NCBI GenBank assembly: GCA_964016885.1 | Contig: OZ024746.1 | Coordinates: forward strand, 95,046,001 to 95,110,000 | Reading direction: 5' to 3' | Length of the DNA: 64,000 nucleotides | From: Eledone cirrhosa | Taxonomy: Eukaryota | Shown here: piece after piece, positions 42,662 to 55,148 of the stretch | How the letters are laid out: the number at the start of each line of letters is the position of its first letter | How positions within the stretch are numbered: position 1 is the first letter of the stretch | Notes under the pieces: model-generated | Databases searched by the model: none | Seen by the model: only the letters and a program-made list of their open reading frames with translations | Told to the model about the DNA's origin: nothing | Program-made: the position numbers and the translations under genes

Positions 42662-44119
42662 TACATTTATATAAAAAAATCATATTGCACTGGTCTGACC
42701 TTAGGGAATTACACTGTTGGTAGCAGTACACTGGCTGAAGCACATTCCAGCTTTGGCAATATAATGAAGCCTTTCAGATACATAAATCTGAAGGACAAAT
42801 ATTCAAAGACTCTTAGAATGTAGTTCCGTGTATAATGTTAGCAACCCTCAAACCCATATATATATTCGCCCCCACTCCAAACAATCCCACACCTACCTTA
42901 AATATTGATCATGTTTCCTTGTAACAAGATATCCATCTTTGAACGAGGTGCCAACGTCTAAAATTTAATATTGATTTATTTCGTCTAATTGAAGTGGTTA
43001 TGTCGTTCGGATCACGATAGTAAGACTGTGAGTTCGATTCCCAGCGACGAAGTGTTTCGTTGAACAAAACGCTTTATTTCACATTGCTTCAGTTCACTCA
43101 ATTGGCAAAACTGTTGTGACTGTAATTCAAAAGGCCAGCCTTGCTACACACTGTCAGGCTGGATCTCAATGAGAACTACATGGTGTGTATGTGTATCTGT
43201 GGAATGCTCGACCACTTGAGCTTTAATTTTATGAGCAGGCAGTTCCGTTGAACCAATTGGATTCTTCTGGCACTTTCTCTATTTCCCGTAACTCCTGGAG
43301 TCGTAGGGCCGCCGTATTGACATGCGACATTTCTTGGCTATTTTTAAGCCTTGAGGAGTCCATCCCTTCTCCAGGTCTGAACACAGCAGATTTCTTCCAG
43401 GGAAGGATAGAAAGTGAGAGAGACGAAGTGAGAAAAAGATATAAAGGAAGAATCAACCTCGAATGGATGAAATCTAAAGTTGACCTCGACCAGATTTGAA
43501 CTCAGGGAGTCGAAACGAATGCCACAAAGCATTCTATCCGACGTCAATTCACCACCTTACTCCTTGTCTATAGTTTTTCTTTTTTTACGTCCTTCTTCCT
43601 TCCTGGAGAATCTCTTCATATATATTTGTCTCAAGAGATTTTTTATAATACAATTGGTTTAAACTGTAAGTACATTTTAAAACTTATTTCCATACTTCTT
43701 TCATTTTAATTTTAACCTTATAGTATGTAAACTAGTGTATAGCCAGCTTAGCAGAGTCGTTGGAACGCTGGATAGTATACTTTGCTGTATTCGTTCCAAC
43801 TCTCTGCGCTCTGTGTTCAAAACCCACCGAGGTCAACTTTGCCTCATGGAAGGAAATAACTGACACTTTTGTCAAATCATTAAGGTAATATGGATTTCCG
43901 AATGCAGATTAAATGTTACAAAAGATGATTATCTATAATATGGCATGGATGAAGATGTGGATGATGTGCTATCTCGAACTATAGGCAACAAAGATAAAGA
44001 TGATCTGTACGATAGTAGTATTATACATCAAGTGATTGTGAAGACTTATTCAGTGATGAAGACAATACAGAGCAATTTTGCAGGATCCTAATGAACTTAA
44101 GTATTTGAAATGTTTAAGT

Positions 44120-44292
44120 CAGGCATGTGTAACCTTTTTTTAGCAGTGGGCCGCATAGGATGTGATTTTTCATAAGGCGGGCCGCACTACTAAGAACTTC
44201 GAAGCCAAACGGAAAGCCATTCAGAAAGCCAAACGGACCTTATGAGCCACATTCTATGCGGCCCACCGCTCGAAAAGAGTTGCCCATGCCTG
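44120..44292. mobile_element. hAT-like MITE
   Basis: TIRs CAGGCATG / CATGCCTG with internal GGGCCGCA motifs; TSD not clear. Confidence 0.65.
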
Positions 44293-46012
44293 TTTTACAG
44301 CCTTTAGCGACATTGAATTTATCCAAAGTAAAAATTGTGGTCTCTAATTCAGCCATAAAGAAAAGATTTTCGTTAGAGATTGTTTGTTGTTTACGTGAAG
44401 GGTTGTGATTCTAAGTTTTTTATATCAGTTTTGCTATTTTAAGGAGGATTGGATAAATTAGAAATAAAAATACAGCATTGATAGACTGATTATAACATGA
44501 ATACGAATGTGATTTTAACCACCAATATAAAAATAATGTACTCTTGGGTTCCAAATAATAGGGGAGGTTGGAATAAGCGAGGGGGTGAAAAATCGATAAT
44601 TTTTCTAAGTTTTCTCCGTTGATTTTTTAAAAACCAGAATTAGTCGTGTTTATATATTGTGACCCCAGCTCATCCTATTTATTTTATAACATATGGGATT
44701 TCTTGTAATGTATTATATCCTTTAGTATGTAATGTCCTATTTCCTAATGCACTTTCAATTTGAAGTCGGACATTTCATACTTAATGATCTGATAACATTT
44801 TTTTTTTTGTTATGTATAATGTTTTTTAATGTCCAAAGAAAATTAATTGTGGCAGTAATGCTACTACTTAAAATAAAATTTTGCCGGAGATAGATTAGCA
44901 AAATTTAATAAGCTGGGGGGGGGGGGGGGATAAGAACAGGGACTGACTGGAAAAAATTTGAAACATTAATAAACGGGAGTGGGGGATGATTATGCGAGAG
45001 CCATGAATAATTGGAGAGTTGTGATGTGAAACACAACAGATGATATGAAGCCGACAGCCGACAGATATTGATCATATGTATTTTATTACGGTAGGTTAGT
45101 GATATACAATAATTATGAAATTTAAATTGATTTCACTAAGCTAGTTTTATTTATAAGAACTGTGTAACCTTATTTATGGCGGTTGTTATTTAGTAGGACT
45201 TGTAAAAATCGGTATTAGTACTAAAATTTACTGGGTTTTTTTGTTTAATTCTTCATGCAGAGTATATTTTCTGCGGGGTAGCCCAAACACCGCCCCGCAC
45301 AAGACTCGGAACCCATCACCCTCTCCCCTCCCTTTCTTCTGTGGCCCAAGAATCCTTGCTTTTTCCCTTCTTTTCCTCTCATTTATGGTATTTATAGTCC
45401 TTTCCTCTACTTTCCCATACAGCCAGATCTGCCCTTCTTTACACCTTCCCGTTTTTCTCATTACTTAAACTAGCAGAAAAACTCACTCTTCGGGTGGTTT
45501 TCTGCTAGCATGTGTCGTGTGCATATTTATATTATATGCAAATATACATGTATGTAGATATGATACATCAAATAAAATCGTAATTGACAATATACACAGA
45601 AATTGAAGAGAGACTGTGTTACACTGTCTTCTGTAATCAGTAAAGTAATCCATGATACATTTAAAAAAGACGATATTATATATATACTGCATTACGGTGA
45701 AATGTAATGGAACCTTATATATCGATGCAAATATATGGATGTTTATATAAGCAATGTAATAAGTGTTATGATATAACGAGCGCTAACCGGAAATGTAGAC
45801 ATTTGAAAATTTTAAAAGAAATGAATGTTAGAATAAGCAATCATTATATATAAGAATATTTATGTTTAATCAACAGCTACGATATTTAGTACAAAAATTA
45901 TGTAATATTCATTCATTATTTATTGAAAGTAATCTAACTTATTTTACTAATGGGATAAAAAAAATATATTCGGTACGCAGTCCCGCACTCCTCCCTTCAT
46001 TATAGTTATATA

Positions 46013-46581
46013 CTAGCAGAATGGCCCGGCGTTGCTCGGGATTTCCTCTGGGGTTCTTATATATTTGATATATATTTATTCTTATCGAGCCTCGTGAAAT
46101 AAATACGTTTGTTTATATTTTGTTATTGTGTATGCAAAAATATCTGTACACGAATATATATATATATATATATATTTCGTTTCTGAATTTGTTTAGCAAG
46201 ATTCTTTATCTGAAAACGTGTGTTGAAACCGATATTGTTATGCTTTGGGAGGATCAAGTTGCCAATAAGAAACACACGCACCAGTTGCTTTCACTTCAAT
46301 TTATTATAAATTAAATTTATAAATTTCCGGTAGTATAGGAGAACGGATAAATGAATACTGGCGAGAGCATCAAGATAGTAAAGAATCATCTGTACTCCAC
46401 CAACATGCTAAAATAGAACATAAGGTCCTTAGGGCATTGAAAATTTGAATTTCTTTTTGCTCAGAACACTCAATAGTACTATAAGTATTATATGTGTAAA
46501 GTTTGAAAACAATCGGTTGTGTGGTTCTCGAGTTTTAGTGATTGTACAGACAGACAGACATTCTCTGTTTTAGTAATATAG
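46013..46581 (-). mobile_element. Non-autonomous Helitron
   Basis: Minus-strand 3' end CCCGAGCAACGCCGGGCCATTCTGCTAG|T; 5' end CTATATTACTAAAACAGAG. Confidence 0.8.
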
Positions 46582-46898
46582 CTATATGATTTTGTTTTTA
46601 TCTTTCTTGTTCATATTTATGTAATTATAAATGGTTTTAAAGCCAACTTTGTGAATAAATTTGATGATAAATTTGATGATAAATTTGATAATAAATTTGA
46701 TAATTAAAATATATATATATATATTAACATGAATTCAAAATCTGAACTTATGAAATAGCTTCTCTATTAGATCAGATCTTGACTAGCAAACCATTCTTTA
46801 GCTATTAAAGTCTTAAATAAATAAAAAACAAAATTAGTATTTGGGTTTTCGCTCTAACATAGCAGATACGTAAATGCATTCATGGATTTTATATTGAA

Positions 46899-47500
46899 CT
46901 AGCAGTGGTACCCAGCGTTGCACGGATAAGGTATTTTGGAACGCGGGCCGCCAACAGACCTAATCGTGGAAAAACTGCATGCCTGGACAATTTGTAAAGA
47001 GAATAAACCGAATACTCTGATGGCTGGATAATCTTTAAGATTTTCCTCGAAGAAGCAAGAAAAATGCAGGTTTTCACCTAATGCGGGCCCTAGGGGATCA
47101 AGAAAATGAATTTTTTTATGTGCATAATATGCCTTGAAATTTCGGGAAAATCGGCTAGACGTAACGCCTCAAAAAGCCCTCTAAAGCTGAAAAAAATGAA
47201 GTTTTTCACCTAATGCGGGCCCTAGGCCATAAAAAAGTTGGATTTTCTTTGCTCACGGTATGAAGAAGAGACGGACTAATACATAGTTACAATTTCAAGG
47301 AAATCGGTCTGATGTAACGCCTCAAAGAAACCCTCAAAAGCTGAAAAGGCGCAGTTTTTTACCTAATGCTGGTCCTAGTGGATCGAAAAAGTTGAATTCT
47401 TTTATGTGCATAACACTCCCTGGAACATAAGTAATACACATGTAAAGTTTGAAGAAAATCGGTTGGGTACTTCTCTAGTTTTAGGAATTCAAACTCACAG

Positions 47501-47570
<70 letters not shown>

Positions 47571-47591
47571 CCTCAGTTTTATATATATAGA
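46899..47591 (-). mobile_element. Non-autonomous Helitron with internal ~135-bp subrepeats
   Basis: 5' A|TCTATATATATAAAACTGAGG; 3' CCGTGCAACGCTGGG...CTAG|T; ACCTAATGC motif three times. Confidence 0.8.
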
Positions 47592-47600
47592 TAATATTCG

Positions 47601-47822
47601 TCGATTCGTTTGCAAGCAAACAGACTCATTATACTGGGTTTTTTTAATGACCATCGCAATCCTTTCGCTCTTTCTCCCTCCCTCCCTCTCCCTATTCCCT
47701 CTCCCCCCTATCTCGCCCTCTCCCCTATCTCCCCCTATCTCTCTCACCACTAGAACAAAAGGATGGTGATGGTCATCTAAAAAACATAGTGTAACGAGGC
47801 TGTTTGCTTGCAAACGAATCGA
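47601..47822. mobile_element. MITE-like element with 23-bp perfect TIRs
   Basis: TCGATTCGTTTGCAAGCAAACAG / CTGTTTGCTTGCAAACGAATCGA; third partial copy at 47852-47870. Confidence 0.6.
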
Positions 47823-47884
47823 AATTATTATTATCTATATAATAATAATATTCGATTTGTTTGCAAGCAAGTACCTTCATAAAC

Positions 47885-48583
47885 TGGTGGCTTGGCAGTA
47901 TCGGTAGAGGGTCGGACGCCATGCTTTCCAGCATAGTTACGTCCCTATACGATCTGAGTTCAAATCCCGCCGAGGTTGACTTTGCCTTTCATTCTTACGG
48001 GGTCGATAAAATAAAGTACCAGTAATACACTGGGATAATTGCTGGCCTTGTGACAAAAGTAGAAACAATTATTATCTATATAATAGTATCGGTAGAGGGT
48101 TGGACGCCATACTTTCTAGCATAGTTACGTCCCTTTACAGTCTGGGTTCAAATGCCGACCTCATTTGGTTGCTGAGTGGGGTGGACCTCGTCAAATCGGA
48201 CCAAGGAAACAATGTTTCCATTGGTCTTTCCATTGCTGACACTATCTACCGGTCGCGACTCGTGACAGAAGGAGAAACGTGAAATAAAGTGTCTTGCTCA
48301 AGGACACAACTCACAACCTCTCGATTGCGAATTCAACTTTCTAACCACTAAGCCACACGCTTTCTGAAACCATTATTTTATTCCATTACGGGCGGTGGAT
48401 TGGCAGTATCGGTAGAGGGTCGGACGCCATGCTTTACAGCATAGAGTTACGTCCCTTTACGGTTTGAGTTGAAATCCCGCCGAGGTTAACTTTGCCTTTC
48501 ATCCTTACGGGGTCGATAAAATAAAGTACCAGTAATACACTGGGTAATTTGCTGGCCTTGTGCCAAAAGTAGAAACAATTATT
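47885..48583 (+). mobile_element. SINE cluster (main family, plus an inverted SINE head of another family)
   Basis: A/B boxes and bodies at 47885, 48083 and 48389. Confidence 0.85.
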
Positions 48584-48905
48584 ATCTATATAATACTAAA
48601 AGTCTGTGATTGCTTGCTTGTTTGTCTGTAAAAAGGGCGCATAATGGGAAAATACTTTGAAGGGAAGTTGACCCTGAAATGGGAATACAAATGGGATAAA
48701 ACAAGTTTCGCGTAAATAGGAGCACGGGGTTCCGAGGTATGGGGTTTTTCCGGGTACCTTCATAAACAGAAGAAGAGATGGATAGAAAGAAAGAGATAGT
48801 GGTTGTGAGAGAGTAGATTGAAAGAGAGAGATAGAGAGAGGTAGAGGAGACAGAGAAGGAGAATGAGAGAGAGAGAGAGAAGGAAAGAGAGAGAGACGGT
48901 GGAGT

Positions 48906-48947
<42 letters not shown>

Positions 48948-49039
48948 TGTGTCTGTATGTGTGTGTGTCTATAACCAGTGTATATAGATCACAGACGCCC
49001 ACATATATATATATACACACAGATAGATATATATATATA

Positions 49040-49222
49040 AACGAGTAGGACCCCGACGGCTGAGCTGAAGCCGTTTCGACGGCTAATTCTGGACTAGAAT
49101 TCTAGTCCAGAAATAGCCGTCGAAACGGCTTGAGCTCAGCCGTCAGGGCCCTACTCGTTCCTATTACCCACTCTACTACTCTAAGTATTGAGTACTTTGG
49201 TGCGTTATGGTCCATCTGGTTC
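49040..49222. mobile_element. Fold-back palindromic element (copy 3)
   Basis: ~120-bp near-perfect palindrome centred on GAATTC at 49097-49102. Confidence 0.8.
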
Positions 49223-49240
49223 CTTACCTCATTTCCTTCG

Positions 49241-49298
<58 letters not shown>

Positions 49299-49354
49299 GT
49301 GTGTGTATGTGTATATATATAAATGTGTGTGTTTGTATACATATATATATATCT

Positions 49355-49385
<31 letters not shown>

Positions 49386-49468
49386 CGTTATTCCGGGTTG
49401 AATCGGAGGTAACCACAGTAAGTAAGGTACTCAATACATTGCAGAGTATAAAAGTTTTAATATAGATG

Positions 49469-49570
49469 AGATTCTACAGGACTAGAACTGTTTCATTCTT
49501 TAGAAATCATCAGGAATCTCAGATTCTGATGATTTCTAAAGAATGAAACAGTTCTAGTCCTGTAGAATCT
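49469..49570. ncRNA. Divergent pair of hammerhead motifs (49469-49519 minus, 49521-49570 plus)
   Basis: Same sequence as 8639-8689, duplicated in inverted orientation within the palindrome 49452-49587; the plus copy lacks one C of stem I. Confidence 0.8.
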
Positions 49571-49937
49571 CATCTATATTAAAACTTATATATATATATA
49601 TATATGGGCCTTCCAGTTTCATTTCACATTATATACATGTCTGTGTATATTTTAATTATTTAAAAATTATTTTTAAGTGAACGGGATTTTTTTTTAATAT
49701 TTTGAAGTGAACATGACCCAACGGGTCACAGGTGGTCTAGTTCGATATAAAGTTCACGAATGCATTTTAAATAAATATTTGCTTCAAATTTGAACGTCTA
49801 CTATTGATATGGTATTTTGGATTCTAGTGTGGATTTTTGCCTCTTAAAAATAGATTCCATTTAATTGCCGAGTCCATAAATTTAACCTAAATAAATTGGA
49901 CTATTCAACTTTTACATGATTATATACTTTAGACATA

Positions 49938-50245
49938 ACGGCACGTGGCTTGTGGTTAGGATATTCGTCTCACGATCGTAAGGTCGTGAGTTCGATTGCC
50001 AGTGATGCGCTGTGCCCTTGAGCAAGACAATTTATTTCACATTGCTCCAGTCTCCTCAGCTGGCAAAAATGAGTTGTACTTGTAATTCGAAGAGCTAGCC
50101 TTGTCACTCTGAATCTCCCTGGGAACTACGTTATGGGTACGCGAGTTTGTGGAATGCTCAGCCACTTGCATGTTAATTACGTGAGCAGGCTTCACATTGA
50201 TCGTATCAACTGGAACACTCGTCATCGTAACCGACGGACTCCCAT
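49938..50245 (+). mobile_element. tRNA-headed SINE (third family)
   Basis: A box TGGCTTGTGGTTAG, B box GAGTTCGATTG, CCTTGAGCAAGAC core. Confidence 0.75.
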
Positions 50246-50495
50246 TATATATAAATTTGAGCGACCTCCGTCCGTCCGTCCTTCTGTCACATACTAGAGA
50301 TGACTGAGGAAGGAAGGGGTGATGACAAACCACAGAAAACAGCGTCTAATATGCATTACATTTGTGTGTGAGTGTATGTGTATGTATGTGTAAATGTATG
50401 TTTGTGTCTGTGAGTATGTTTATTTGTAAACGTGTTTGTGTTTGCGCGTTTATAATAAAATACTTATATACGCATCAGTGTATTGAAAAAAATTC

Positions 50496-50537
<42 letters not shown>

Positions 50538-50747
50538 GTTATATTTAATTTGTTGGGATTCAACAAGCTTAAAAGTTTTATAACAGATATAAAGCACTCA
50601 ATAGTTACTGGAGTTCAATATATTAATAAATGGAAACTATATTAACCAAGGCAGTTTTGGTGCGCTTTCATCAAATAAAATACAAAATATGTTTTATAAA
50701 TGTTGACCAACCCGTAGAAAAACAACCTTGACGGTTGAAGGTTCGCT

Positions 50748-50790
<43 letters not shown>

Positions 50791-51049
50791 CATGCGTTTT
50801 AACTAGATTTCTGCAGGGTTAGGTGGCTGAAAAATAGAATAGAACTGATTAAGATTTAATAGATAGGTTCATTATATTTGTAGACAGAATTCCTGACATT
50901 TATTGATTTGAAATTGTTCATTAAAATATTTATTCTCAAATAATAAGAAAACATGAAAATCAGAATTAAATTTATATTTAATTAACGATTCTTTATTGTT
51001 TGTGGAAAGTCGATCGTCTCTCAAATTAAATCATATCACGGTTCTAAGA

Positions 51050-52262
51050 TAATTGTTTCTACTATTGACACAAGGCCAGCAAATACCCAGTGCATTACTG
51101 GTACTTTATTTTATCGACCCCGTAAGGATGAAAAGCAAAGTAAATCACGGTTCTAAGATAATGGAATAAAATAATGGTCAAGGCCAGCAATTTGGGGGAG
51201 GGGAAAGTCGATTATATCGACTCCAGTACATTACTGGTACTTTATTTTATCAACCCAGTAAGGATGAAAGGCAAAGTTAACCTCGGCAGGATTTCAACTC
51301 GGATCATAAAGGGACGTAACTCTATGCTGTAAAGCATGGCGTCCGACCCTCTACCGATACTGCCAATCCACCGCCCGTAATGGAATAAAATAATGGTTTC
51401 TGAAAGCGTGTGGCTTAGTGGTTAAAAAGTTGAATTCGCAATCGGGAGGTTGTGAGTTCAATTCTCGGACTGGTTGATGTGTTGTGTCCTTGAGCAAGAC
51501 ACTTTATTTCACGTTGTTCCTTCTGTCACGAGTCGCGACCGGTAGATAGTGTCAACAATGGAAAGACCAATGGAAACATTGTTTCCTTGGTCCGATTTGA
51601 CGAGGTCCACCCCACTCGGCAACCAAATGAGGTCTGGGATCTTGTCGATCGATCAGAGTGAGAGCATTACTGGTACTTTATTGTATCGACCACATAAGGA
51701 AGAACGGCAAAGCTAACCTCGGCGAGATTTGAATTCAGAACGTAAAGGGTCGTAACTCTAAGCTGCTAAGCTTGTTGTCCAACGCTCTACTGATTCTGCC
51801 AATCCATCGCCAAAATAATGATTTTTACTTTAGGCACAAGGCCAGTAATTTGGGGGAGGGGAAAGTCGATTAAATCAACCCCAGTGCATTACTGGTACTT
51901 TATTTTATCGACCCTGTATGGATGAAAGGCAAAGTTAGCCTCGGTGAGATTTGAACTCAGAACGTAATGGGCCGTAACTCTATGCCGCTAAGCTTGTTTC
52001 CAAAGCTCTACCGATACTGCCAATCCACCATCAAAATAATAATTTCTAGTATAGGCACAAGGCCAGTAATTTGGGGGTAGGGAAAAGTTGATTAAATCGA
52101 CCCCAGTACGTTACTGGTACTTTATTTTATCGACCGCCCCCCCGTAAGGACGAAAGGCAAAGTTAACCTCGGTGGGATTTGAACTCAGACCGTAAATGGC
52201 CGTAACTCTATGCTGGAAAGCATGGCGTCTGACTCTCTACCGGTGCAGCCAATTCACCGCCC
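51050..52262 (-). mobile_element. Cluster of ~5 main-family SINEs plus a SINE head of another family
   Basis: Repeated ACTGGTACTTTATTTTATCGACCC...GGATTTGAACTC. Confidence 0.88.
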
Positions 52263-53290
52263 TAATCCACCACCAAAATAATAGAACAGAAATGAAAAAA
52301 TAATGTAGCAACTTTCTGCCGATTATTGTGTTTAAGAAGGTCAGAGCGACATAAATTGCCATGTATATGTGGCTGAGCAGTAATCAATTGAAAGTCGTCG
52401 CAGCGTTGTTTTGTTGTTATGTAGGAGTAAGTGAATGAATGACTAAGCTTATATTGAACGTTGGGTATTGATAACAGATGTGCTATCATCTATATCTTAG
52501 AGAGATTAGTTCTGTCGTAAGTGAGAAGCATGATGCTGTGTGATTAAAAGAGCACATTGCACCTCCACCCAGCCTCTCCCTCACGCACACTCTCTCTCAC
52601 ACACGCACACTCTCTCTCTCACACACACACACACACAGGCTCAAACACACATACATACACACGCTCAAACACACATACACACACATATATAAGCGGTAAC
52701 TAAACTACTTTATTTAAACAATATGATTGTCAGCTAATGTCTGCTCCTTAACGAAGGATTAAATAAATTGGGTGTTGTAGGAAACGACATTCCTGCTTTA
52801 GATAACAATAACAGCAACAACAACAACAAAATACAACAGCAACAACAACATGCAACAACAACTATAACAACAACGAATACAACAAAAATTATGGAAAGAA
52901 AGACTAAAATAATCTTTGATGAATTGTTGTTGTCGTCTGGAAATTCGAAATGTAAATTAAAAACTAATAATAATAAAGAAAGCAATTGTCTATTGAGTGA
53001 ATTATGATCATCGTCTGTTAATTTTAAATAAAGCCGTGAAGTCTGGTGGCAGTAATTTAGTGGAATACGAGAACTATCTAAAACAAATCAAACAATTGTA
53101 ATTTGTTCTTTCTTTTTTTTTTCTTTATTTCTGTCTAGAAACTTAAAAGCTTTACAGAATCATTGTTTCGTAAAGTGAATTTCTAGAACTGAAAAAACAA
53201 CAAAACAAAAGGTAAGGATATTTATTATTATCTAAAAAATTGAATAAATTGAGGAGTTTCAATTATTGTCTGAAAAAGGAATAAAATAAT

Positions 53291-53473
53291 TGTTTCTACT
53301 TTTGGCACAAGGCCAGCAATTATCCAGTGCATTACTGGTACTTTATTTTATCGACCCCGTAAGGATGAAAGGCAAAGTTAACCTCGGCGGGATTTGAACT
53401 CAAACCATAAAGGGGCGTAACTCTTTGCTGCAAAGCATGGCGTCAGACCCTCTACCGATACTGCCAATCCACC
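53291..53473 (-). mobile_element. Main-family SINE with ~19-bp TSD
   Basis: GAAAAAGGAATAAAATAAT on both sides. Confidence 0.9.
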
Positions 53474-54129
53474 GAAAAAGGAATAAAATAATCAAATCAA
53501 ATCTAATCTGGCCGAGTTTACACTCGCAAATAAGAAAAACCAGGGCCGCCCCTAGGAGCATTGGATTTGGTGTACTTCATATTTGTTTCGGTTGCTGAAT
53601 ACAATCAGGGGTCACTGCTTCTCCTGAAGGTCAATAGTTCTCTTCTAACTTGAGCGGGAGTGCATTTCCATTGTCAATTTGCATTGATCATCTGCAAAGC
53701 CGCATTGTTCTCAGAACCACTATACCAATCTTTCGATGCAGTTGGAACTACTGCCACCCATTGATTTGGCATGATTTTTTTTTTTTTTTAGATGGTTATT
53801 GACTCTTATGAGTTCTTCCGCCCTTTGTCAAGTTTTGTTTTTTGTCCTGCAGAGTTTCCAAAATCACCCTCCTCACCAAGTAAACTTGGTGGGGTTGCTG
53901 GTTTAGTCACCAACGACCCGACCATGCGACAGATTGTACTGGGTTACATGCTACCAGTAGCACTCGAGAGTGACCTGACATAAAACAGCTGCTTGCTATT
54001 CTAAAACCGAGATGGCCAACTAAATATGAACCTATGATTTTTTTTCTCCCCAATTTTTCTTATTATTTTTTCCCCGTGCCTTCCTCTTGTCGTTCTTTGC
54101 TTTCTATTTATCTTCTATTTCTAGCTCTA

Positions 54130-54165
54130 TCTTCTGATGAAGGACTAGTGTCCGAAACGTTAAGA
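54130..54165 (+). ncRNA. Minimal type I hammerhead ribozyme (tandem copy 1)
   Basis: TCTT-CTGATGA-A-GGAC-TAGT-GTCC-GAA-ACGT-T-AAGA. Confidence 0.8.
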
Positions 54166-54268
54166 CTATCTTCCGGCTATTTCAAGCGTTAAACTGTGTA
54201 CTGTGCCGTTTGTTTTGTTATTTTTGTTATTACTTTTACACACACATACGTGTGCGTATTTGTTTGTG

Positions 54269-54313
<45 letters not shown>

Positions 54314-54417
54314 ATGTTCGACTGAATACGCACGTGTGGTTTTTTTTGTTCTCATTTTCCCCTCTTCCTTCCTCTTATCGCTCTTTACTTTCTATTTATC
54401 TTCTATTTCTAACTCTA

Positions 54418-54453
54418 TCTTCTGATGAAGGATTAGTGTCCGAAATGTTAAGA
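54418..54453 (+). ncRNA. Minimal type I hammerhead ribozyme (tandem copy 2)
   Basis: TCTT-CTGATGA-A-GGAT-TAGT-GTCC-GAA-ATGT-T-AAGA, 288 bp downstream of copy 1. Confidence 0.7.
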
Positions 54454-55148
54454 CTCTCTTCCTGCTATTTCAAGCGTTAAACTAATATATTTCTTCCATG
54501 TACTGTGCCGTTTTCTTTGTTATTGTTATTTCCGTTTACCTTTTACATATATATATATTTATTCACACTAGTTTCCTCATCGTTGTTATTACAGTCACAA
54601 TCTTTCCACCATTGGGCCCTCCATTTTTATTCAGGTGCCAGTCGTCGTAATAGGTAATGTTCTCGTAATTTCAAAGCGAACCTTTTAATTCAAACCACGT
54701 GGTACATCGTTCCTACGTTGTCCATCACTGAAATATTCTCTTATAAGTTACATTTGGATACTCAAGAGATGTAATGGGATCTCAGACAGGCTAGCAAGGA
54801 ATGTAGGCTTTCTATGTGGTTGATGTAAAGGAACAATAAGGAGCAAGGGCTCACAGGAAACAAGGCCCTTTAAATGTCCAGAAGGTTCCTTAAAAGTAGT
54901 CAATAGCCTCTGTCTCTCTCGCTCTCCCCTTCTTTCAATATTATAAGCAAATGGGGGTTCACGCGCTGACCGCACTGCGGCCCCGACGGTCAGAATAGAG
55001 AAGGTATTTCCCCAGGATAATAGATAATGGAACAATACTGAAGGATGATAAGATCACAAAAAGATTAGGTTTAAACTTTTAATTCCCACCGTTGACGCTG
55101 CGGCCGACTAGTTCAGAAGTTTGCTTCACAATAATTAGGTCCCATATA

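Larger units (their letters stand above)
48585..49740 (+). mobile_element. Non-autonomous Helitron (family A, copy 2)
   Basis: A|TCTATATAATACTAAAAGTCTG...TGACCCAACGGGTCACAGGTGGTCTAG|T; collinear with 8032-10462. Confidence 0.88.

Noticed and set aside
52270-53215. Possible promoter/5' UTR exon with GTAAG donors and an N/Q-rich ORF
   Set aside because: TE-poor and suggestive, but not supportable without transcript data.
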